Below the pieces are notes generated by a model. The model was not told the origin of the DNA. It saw only the letters and a list, made by a program, of their open reading frames with translations, and searched no databases. Below, in pieces: positions 47,069 through 64,000 of a DNA stretch of 64,000 bases. The translations under genes and the position numbers were made by a program. The stretch is from Lama glama. Lineage: Eukaryota. The stretch covers positions 45,632,001 to 45,696,000 of the forward strand of contig CM052839.1 of the NCBI GenBank assembly GCA_028534125.1, written 5' to 3'. How positions within the stretch are numbered: position 1 is the stretch's first letter; the number at the start of each line of letters is the position of its first letter.

Positions 47069-50000
47069 CGCAAGATCCTCTGGGTTGTCTCTGAAGGCCT
47101 GGATGTCCGTGACTGACAGAACCCAGCTCAGCCAGTGCTCTACAGGGCGGGGCAGGGGCTTGGTCACCAGGAGCCCTTGGGTCACCAGGAGCCCTTGGGT
47201 CACCAGGATGGTCTGGATCCGACAAAATCAAGTCACCAAATACATCCACACCCCAGGTGCAAAGCCTTGGGACCAAATGCTACAGAGGACAGGGCACTGC
47301 CCATAGCAGGCTCCCTGCCCCAATGCCCTGATGGGGTTTCTCCGCCTGCCTCGGTGCCACTGAGGTTCCATGGGAACCTCCATCCAGGCCAGGCCCCGGC
47401 TTGGCCCCAAGGGAGGGTGTTCCCAGTGGTCCTGCATGTCAGGCTCAGAGCATGGTGCTGGGCGGTGCTACTCCTGGTTACTTGGGTCACTTGGGAGGAG
47501 CCGGGTACAGTTTCTTGGGGCTTGTCTGCACGAAGCCCAGAGACACAGTCCACACTGTACACGGAGACAGAACTTTCCTTTGATATGAAGATTGCTTTTT
47601 CTGATGGAAACTTGTCTGCCTGCCCAGCTCAGAGGATCAAGTGGAAGAGCCCTGGGTGAAGCTGCCACCAAGGCCTGGCTCTTCCTGCAAATGACAGGCC
47701 TCAGGGCAGGGCACGCCGTCAGGGTGGGCCTTCCGGAGACCCCAAGAGACACCCTCCGGTCCATCCTGCCACAGGCGAGCTGAGACAGCTCGGGATTTGG
47801 GCTATGGGGTTTCTGTTCAGATATTTGGATCAGAGGAGGGGCAGACACCTGGATGGCACCTGGTGAGGACACGGGGAGCCAGTCCTCAAGCCACAGCCGT
47901 GGCCTGCGGGAACTCACTTGGAAACCTCGTGGCCCAAGCCGGCTGCGAACAGTCTAACCTCCCACGGCTGGCGAGGCCTGCTATTCACGGAACCACACCT
48001 GTATTCACACAGCCTCGTCCCTGTCCTTCTGCCTGCGGGAACTTGTCAAGTGACCTGGTTTGCATGACGTTAAGGTTTTGCCTTTTGGACAACAGAAGCC
48101 ACATGGAACATTTAACTCAAAAAGCTTACTTTGAGGAGTGCAAGGGACGCAACTAGCAAAACTCCTCATCCAGCGGAAAGCAAGCCGCGCCGGCTGGAGG
48201 GGCGTCGGGTGGGCCCAGCCGCCCTTGGAGGGTCTGATGCACCGGGCCAGCAGCTGCTTTTGAGGCTCCAGGGCAACAGCTTCCTACCACCTGGAGAGAG
48301 GAAGTGAAGGTGGGGCCAGCCGGCCGCTAAGCCTTCCATGCCTGCCCCGAGCCTGCAAAGTTACTTTGCTAATCCGCCGGGTTTGGGACTCTTAACCGCC
48401 ACCGCCCAGCAAACCAGGCTCAGGAATGTGCTAATCAGCTGCCCGGGCAGAAGGGGAAGGTATCGGTGACTCAGCCCCCCTCCCCGGAGCACATGACGGC
48501 GCTGCTGCGCGAGGCTGCCAGGTCCCAAGGTTTCTACGCAGAGGGCCAGGCCCCGCACAGCTGGCCTGCCGCGTCTCTGCCCCCGCCGCGGGGCGTAGCC
48601 CACCCCCAGCAGCTGCAGCTCCTGACAGCCCAGCTCTCAGTCCACCCTGGGTGCCCTCGTCCAGAGGCCACGTGTGTCTGCCTGGGGAATCCACGCACGT
48701 TCTGGAGGGCAGAGCTAACGTCTCCCCAGTGACCGCCTCCCACAGAAACTCCGAGTGCCCAAGCTCACTTTTTCTCCGATACACGCCTTGTGTCAGCAGG
48801 ACCAAAGCACAGGACACACGGACCCTGGAGCAGACGAGACAGAAACCAGCCCCGGCGCCAGCCACCTGAGAACCAGGGAAGGGAGCCCGGCCACTGCAGG
48901 CCGAGCTGGGGCGCAGTGTCCAGACGCTGAGGCGCGGACAAGCCAAGGCTTGGTTGGTGCTGCCCAGGGTGCCAATACCAGGTTCTCGCTGGACACCAGC
49001 TGGACACCAGCTGGACACCGCAGGCCCAGCCCTGGGGTCTGAGGGTCCGGATGGCCCTGGGGCGGTCAAGGGAGGACACACGGCCCTCTTGCTGAAGACA
49101 TGGCTGTGCACGGGGGAAATGACACACGCACCTTCCCATGGGCTGAGACCACGTTCACGTAAGTGCCACAGTTAAGTCTGCTGGATGTGGCCCTGCCACC
49201 TCCAAGCTCCCAGCAGCATCAGAGCTGGAGGGCCCAGGGATGGGGTAACGTGTACGCTTTCTGCCGCAGGTGACACATCACAGGGATCGATGAAACACGT
49301 TGAGGAACAGGCCAGGATCCTTGGATACTCGGCCGTGTTTGCTCTGTCCTCGACCTCCTGGTGGACTGTGTCTCCACCTCTCTCCCCTCCTTTGAGGATG
49401 CCATCAACACCCCTTCCAGCCCACCGGCCGCTGCAGACGTGTGTAGATGGAGGGGAAGCCCTGGGCGCTGCTGTCATGACTAGAGGTGGATGCCCCCCTG
49501 AGCCCGGCCAGCCCCCCGTGGGCCCCTCATGCTCAGCTCCCTGGGGGCCAAAAGGTGTCACCAATCCCAGCTCAGGTGCCATCAGCCCAACGCTGCAGCC
49601 AGACTGACAGCTGAGTCTAACTGTGCTCTTCCCCATGCAGACTGTGTGAGTGAGCGCAGGTCCTAGAAGTCAAGTCATGTTTAAACAACCAGAGCTGCTA
49701 CTTTAACATGACTGTTTTCAACACGGTGTTCTAGCAATGAGCACAGCGTTCCCGAAGCCCAAGCACCCCTGGTCTCTCCTGAGACTCTGCGGTGGTTCCA
49801 GGCAGCAGTGGGAAGGGACCACTCTTGCACGACAGAGCTGCCCACCCTGGCCATCCCGTGTCCTGATGTGGCACGAGGCAGATCGAAGCCATGACCGCTG
49901 GACACCCGAGGCGGGCAGTGCTGGTGGTACCCATCACAGGTAAGCTGGCCCATAGGCACCTGGCCAGGGGCAGCCCTGAGCTCCTCTGCTTGGGGACATG

Positions 50001-50177
50001 CAGGTGCACTTCACCCCAGGCGGTGACTCACACACCCTTCCATGTTCTAGGAAAGAGGTCTCAACAAAAGCGGCCCCCACCAAGCCTACCCTCCTCTCTA
50101 GAAAGTCGGAACTCCGGCCCAACTCCCCACACTGGGAGATCGTAAGGCAGAGGCAACGACAGGCAGAAAATTTCAAC

Positions 50178-50183
50178 TTTATT
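50178..50183 (-). terminator. P4HB: P4HB polyadenylation signal
   Basis: AATAAA on - strand about 810 nt after the stop. Confidence 0.8.
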
Positions 50184-50989
50184 TGGCCAATGTGTCCAAT
50201 TCCAACATCGTGGCAGAAGTGCCCGAGGAATGGTCAACGTGTGACTCTGCTCAAGCATCCTCGCCATCTCCCAGCCTGGAGACGGAGGGCCCTGTCCTGC
50301 CTGGGCAGCCCTCGGGCCACCCCAGACGTCACAGAGCGGTGAGAACTTGGGCTCGGGGAAGGAGGGGGCCGCCGGGCCTGTCCTAGGGGGGCCCCCGTGA
50401 CAGACCTGAAGTCTCTGCTTAACCACACGAAGCAGGAGCCTCACTCTGCCCAGGCAACACTGCAGGATGTGAGGGGCCCGCCCAGCCCAGTCCCCACAGG
50501 GGACCCCCACACAGGGGACAGGAGTCTCCAGGGAGGCCCGGCCAAGGTGGAACAGACAGCCTGATGTCCAAAAATGTCTAAAAATCCCACAGGTGGAATA
50601 TTTTTTAAGTGACAGTATAACCCTAACAGCAATAAGACATTGCCAGCGTGAGATTTCAAAACATTTCAGTGAACACTCAGGACAAAACTGTGTACAAAAA
50701 AGTACATCACAGTTAAAATAAAAAAAAAATAAAAAATAAAAAAAAAAAAACGGCCCACCAAGACGGGCCGGGCTGGCCTGGAGATAAATCCCTTTCCAAA
50801 AATTGAAAAGCGAAGGAAGACGGGTTTAGAGTTACACGTGTTGGGGTGAAGTGTGGCTTCAGAAAAGTTCCCTGCATTTCCGACCGATGCGCCCTCTCCC
50901 GGGTGGGTCTGCGGCGCCTGGAGGCCGTGCTACTGGGCGCGCAGCCCCGGGAGGTGACCTGTTCGGGTGCCCAGCTCTGCCTCTCCGCC

Positions 50990-59246
<8,257 letters not shown>

Positions 59247-62200
59247 GTCGGAACGGGCACGGCGCTTCGGTTGGCGCCGCTGGGACAGCAGGCTTCGAGA
59301 GCGCGCGCCGCCAGCCCCACCCTTATAAACCCGGCCACCGCGCGCGTGCCCGCCCTCTCCCGTCCCTGATTGGCTAGCGGGCTCTGGGACCCGCCTCCGC
59401 CTTGCCCGCATTGGGCGCCCACACTGAGCCTGGCCCTGGATTCGGAATCGCAATGGGCACCTCCCTCACTCTTGCCCGGGGTTGGCCGAGGAGCTCGCGC
59501 TCGCACTCTTCCCCGGCCTCTCATTGGCTCCTGGCGGAGAACTTTCTCTCCCTAGACTTGTGACTGGTGACTTTCTCCTACATCTTCCGCAGGTCTGGAA
59601 TGGCTACTACCTTCGGGGGCCCTGACTCTGCGGCTCCTGATTGGCCGCGACATGCGCGCACCCCGCGCGATCCTTCGTCGAACGTGGCAGTGGGGCGGAG
59701 CGCTCACCCTCGGGGGCGGAGCTGCGCCTGCGCCTCGGAAACCCCTCGTGTTGCATTCTGACTGGACCGCGTATCCCCTACTGGCACCGCCCCCCGGCTC
59801 GGCGGGCCGGAAGTGGGACTGACGGGTTTCCGGTGCGCGTGAGGCCCGTGCGGCGCCTGCTGGGGCGGCTGAGCTCCCGCGAGGGCGTTGGCCGGTGTCC
59901 TCGGCCGACGACTTGGGCATTCCCGGGGGCGGCGGGGAGGGCCGAGGCGGGACGCGACAGGGCCGAGAAAGCTCGGAAAGAGGGCCGCCGGGGCTGGGCT
60001 TCCCGCCCGGGGACAGGCCCCAGGGCCGGCACCGTGCCCGCGGGCGCCTTCCCTCCTTCCGGCCTCGGGGACGCGCCCAGGCGCCCGAGTACACGGGCAG
60101 TGAGTTTACACACGCCGGGCGTCGGGACAGCACGGGAGAGGGGTGTAGGATGCTGCCTTAATGACTTTTTTATATTGACGTCTCGGAGAACTTTGGATAC
60201 GTCGGGTTTTATGAAAGTCTGAACGTTTTACTTTTTTAAGTTTTTTTTTTTTAACGTTGTCTGAATGTTGTTTCTGCCGGGCGGCGTGGCTCCCGACGAA
60301 GCATCTCCTCTTCCCCCAGGGCTCAAAGCCTGACCCACCCTACTCCGACCTTGTCCACACTCCTTTCTTCTCCAGTGGTGTTCAGTTCCTCGGTTGCGGA
60401 ACGCCACCACCACTGATTTGAACACTCATCATCGGCTGAATACTTTCGCAGGAAACAGGGAAACACTCCCACATTAGATGTACACGTTGCCTATGGTAAC
60501 ATCCTGATTTCAGAAACGATAAATTTGTCCGTTGCTCCTCAGGGCATGTTTTCTCATCTCCCAGGTGGTACTCCCTCACCTAGAACGTGAACTCCTATAG
60601 GTCGAGAACAGGTTCTCTGCCTCCAGTAGAGCAAGGGCCAGGCAGAAGTGCTTGCTCCGCTGGGATGCCTGTCTGCCTCAGAAGGGTGACTTTACGGGAG
60701 CTGGACCATTTCATTGAGGGTGTGGACGTGTCTGTGGCTGCGGCCTCCAACCAGCTCAGTGGGGTCCTGGCCTGGGTGCTGGTCCACTGGACAACAGTGC
60801 TTTGTCACCACAGCAGGCACCCTCTGCTCTCTGGGACGAGTGGGGATTGCTTCCATGTCTGTTGCCCTCTGATGTTTCTGTGATTACCATGACCCTGCTT
60901 TACAGACCACCATGTGGGGGCTGAGACAAGGGACATTTGAATTATCTGGATTTCTGAGGTACTCAGGAAGTCAGAGTTCAGATGCCTGAATTTGGGGACT
61001 TCGGGGACAGAGTGGAAAGCTCTGACACCATCACGTTGACTAGCTTGATGGTTTGGAAGCAGCTGAGCCCCAGAGCACAGGGTAGAATAGTTACAAAGAT
61101 GAGAATCCTGGGCCGGGGAAACACAGGCCAGAAGCAGAGCAGCAGTGATCTGAGTTGCTGGCTATGGTCAAGCCTAGGCCTCCATGGCTGAAGCCAAAAT
61201 TGGAACATGCCATGATGCAGGTTACAACAGGGCCGCTATTCTGCAGCCCAGGTGGGCAGAGACAAGTTGTGGTTCTGTGAGAACCAGGGCCTAAGCAGGC
61301 TCTGCCCTGGGCGGGGCACGGTGTTTTGACACCTCGGCTTCACTGACACGCCTTTTTCTCAAGGCACTTACACCTGTCCTGAGTCGCTTTGCACACAGAC
61401 CCCTGTAGGAACAGCAAAGTGGGGTTCCCAGTCTCCATGGGGTTGGTCAGTAGCTGGGTGAGGTGCAGGAGTGCATGGTGCCCCCAGAACACAGGCTGGT
61501 TCACTGAACCTCTCTACAAGCCTCAGCCCTGAGAGGACCCCTGAGAGTCTCCTTATTCCTCAGGCTGCTCACATGCCTTTGGAGGACAGCTCTAGGGAGA
61601 GGCCAGTGGAATATGCCCTTGCAGGTCAGGGCTCTCCCGCCCCTGTAGCTGTAGCGTCTCTCTGGACCCAGCACGGTGACCTCAGGACGTCCTCCAGGGG
61701 CCTCTCATGCTCAGAGAAGGTGCCCATTAAGTACTGGTTGAACAACTGAGTGATCAAACGTTTTGATAAATACTACTCATGAAAATAGAGTTCTCAGAAT
61801 AAAACAACTCCCTCTCAACCTGTGGATCAAGCTTGAGGTCTGCAGGGAGTTAATGAGGGGGCTGGTGGACACCCCTGGCTGTGCGTGCCCACTGCGGAGC
61901 AGCAGCGGAAACGGAGAGCTGTGCCATGGGCCACGCTGCCTGCACGTGGGTGAGCTGGGGCGCTGGTGAGAACTGGGAGCAGGCGCCGTGGGGAGCGTGG
62001 CCCAGAGGGACTGAAGTGGGCCCTGACTGCAGAGCCGAGTGGTGCTGGATACGGAGATTCTCGTAAACTACAGTAACTGCTGGTTAATCACATTAAAGGC
62101 CCTGACCTGGTGTCACTGCCACACTCCTCAGTGGAAGAAGGAGCCATCTGGGGGTGGCTGGGGAGGCAGAAGCTGGGGGATGACTGGGAGGCTCGGATGG

Positions 62201-63988
62201 AGGGAGGGAGTGGAGAGGGAGGGGCGCAGGCAGGGGCTCACCTAGCAGGGAGGCCAGGCCCCAAGCACTGAGCTGTACAGAGGGGTTCAGAAGGGACCAG
62301 GAGAATCAGCTCAGACTTGGGACCTGAGAGACACGTCATGCAGGTCCAGCAGGTGCCACCTTGTGTCATCCTTCACCAGGGGAAGAGCCAGAGCAAAGTC
62401 CTGGCTGTTGGCAGTGTGCCTGGACAAGCTGGCACTCAGGGCCCGAGTTCACACATCTCACAAAGGCTTGGAAAACCCAAGCACAAAAATAGTAGATCTT
62501 TTGGCCCGACAGATCCTCAGAAGGCCCCGGCCCAATAAACCAAAATGCTGTCAACACAGGCTGACCCTGGGTTTGAAGATGTTCACTGGACGTTTCAGGA
62601 ACTGGACTGGGAGAGGGAGTGGCTGTGCCTGGCTTGGGGCTCCCTCCAAATGTAGGGCTGAGCTTAGTGGGACGGGCCTTGGGCCTTACAGCCCAGAGCT
62701 GTGCGGTCTCCCTGCCTGCTCCCATCAGGGGCAGGCCAGTTCTGGGAGAAGCCGGTTGGGGTCTCTACCCTGTGGATTTCAGGACCAGGGACTGTGGCTC
62801 TTGGGTTTATGCCTGGGCCAGCTGCTGCAGGAAGTGGCATTTTGTCCTGTCACCCATCACAGGGCCGTCTCCAGAACCCCACAGGGGCCCTGGTAAGGAA
62901 GGCCACGGGAGCCCTGTGGGAGCCATATCCTCCTGGCATAGCGCGTCGTCCCCGACATGGGGGCTGGGGGTTGCTTCCTGGTCCGCCCCAGCTGGTGGCA
63001 GGCTCCTGGGAGGGCTCACCCTGCCGACAGGCCCTGGGAGGCGTGGTCAGGGCAGGCCCTGCCCTTGCTGCCTAGCCTGACACTGCTCACCAGCTCAGAC
63101 CAGAGGGAGGAAATTCCGCAACCAGCATGAAGCTATTAAAGGGGGTTTCCTGAACAGACTGTCTGCAGCTGGAGTTTCCCACGGGCCCTTTCCTGTTTAG
63201 GGGCTGGGGAGGTGGCGTCTTACTGGGGGCTCTTGGGGTGGTGCTCAAAGAGGGGGCAACACCGTTCCTGCCACCGAGGTCCTAGAGACCCCACTGGTCA
63301 GCAGGACCACCTCTGGGGCATGCACGGCACCTGGCAGCCCTTCAGGCCCCCGTACCCCCGCACTCTACTGCTCCTCTGTGCAGCGAGGGTCCCAGTCTCC
63401 CAGCCCCTCACCTTGTCAATTCCAGCCTTGGACCCTTGCCCCTGCCCAGCAGTACTGAGTGCTGGGGCTTGGCTGGCCTCCCACGTCACCCTCTCTGCTG
63501 GCCCTGCGGCCCATGGCACCAACTTCCCCTCCACACTCCTGCTGGCTTGGAGTCCTTGCTGTGGGATCCTTTGGGACCCAGTCATTCTATTTGTGCCTGA
63601 GTCCTGCCTCTTGTGGGGCTCCCAAGCCTCCAGCAAGGATTCCCTTCTCTCGGGTTGGGGGATACTTCCTCCCAGAGACTCAGTGCCCAAGGACGCAGGA
63701 GCCCGCCCCGGGCACTGGACGCCCCAGGAGGCTGGGGGCCTGACTGTGCCCTGCACGTCCCCTGCAGGACCTGTGCACAGCCGAAAGGGCGGCACCGGCC
63801 TGGTCCGCCTGGTGTGACCAAGGAAGGACTTTAAAGCCATTCTCCTTCAGTCACAGGGGCAGAGACTGCTGCACCCGCCCTGGTCATCCTGCCGTGCCCT
63901 GTGCCCCAGGGCAGCAGAGACATAGGGCCCAGCTCCCCCTTCTCCCTCCAGGAGATGAGAGGCACACACCCTGGCTCCTTACGGGGAC

Positions 63989-63994
63989 TTTATT
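63989..63994 (-). terminator. Possible poly(A) signal of the next minus-strand gene (ARHGDIA by synteny)
   Basis: AATAAA on - at the window edge. The assignment rests only on recalled human gene order. Confidence 0.3.
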
Positions 63995-64000
63995 TCCCGG

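Noticed and set aside
59340-59660. ER-stress element (CCAAT-N9-CCACG) in the P4HB promoter
   Set aside because: None of the four CCAAT boxes is followed by CCACG at 9-nt spacing.

Overview
GC-rich mammalian genomic DNA with the gene order GCGR(+), MCRIP1/FAM195B(-), PPP1R27(-), P4HB(-), matching human 17q25.3. It is probably camelid: it carries nine Vic-1-like tRNA-Ala-derived SINEs and an artiodactyl-type P4HB signal peptide. All four CDSs were rebuilt exon by exon with GT-AG introns, open frames and AATAAA signals (482, 97, 154 and 509 aa). The first ~22 kb has no recognisable gene and holds GC-drifted L1/LTR/MIR relics, SINEs and a U6 pseudogene. I cannot demonstrate a new biological system from sequence alone. 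The best leads are a phase-compatible PPP1R27-MCRIP1 read-through fusion, two overlapping uORFs in GCGR exon 2, a Cys-to-Ser change plus clustered b/b' divergence in PDI, ICL2/TM6 substitutions in GCGR, HNF4/DR1-like sites around GCGR, and a GC-biased substitution footprint. Comparisons with human proteins and repeat consensus sequences are from memory and need confirming by alignment.
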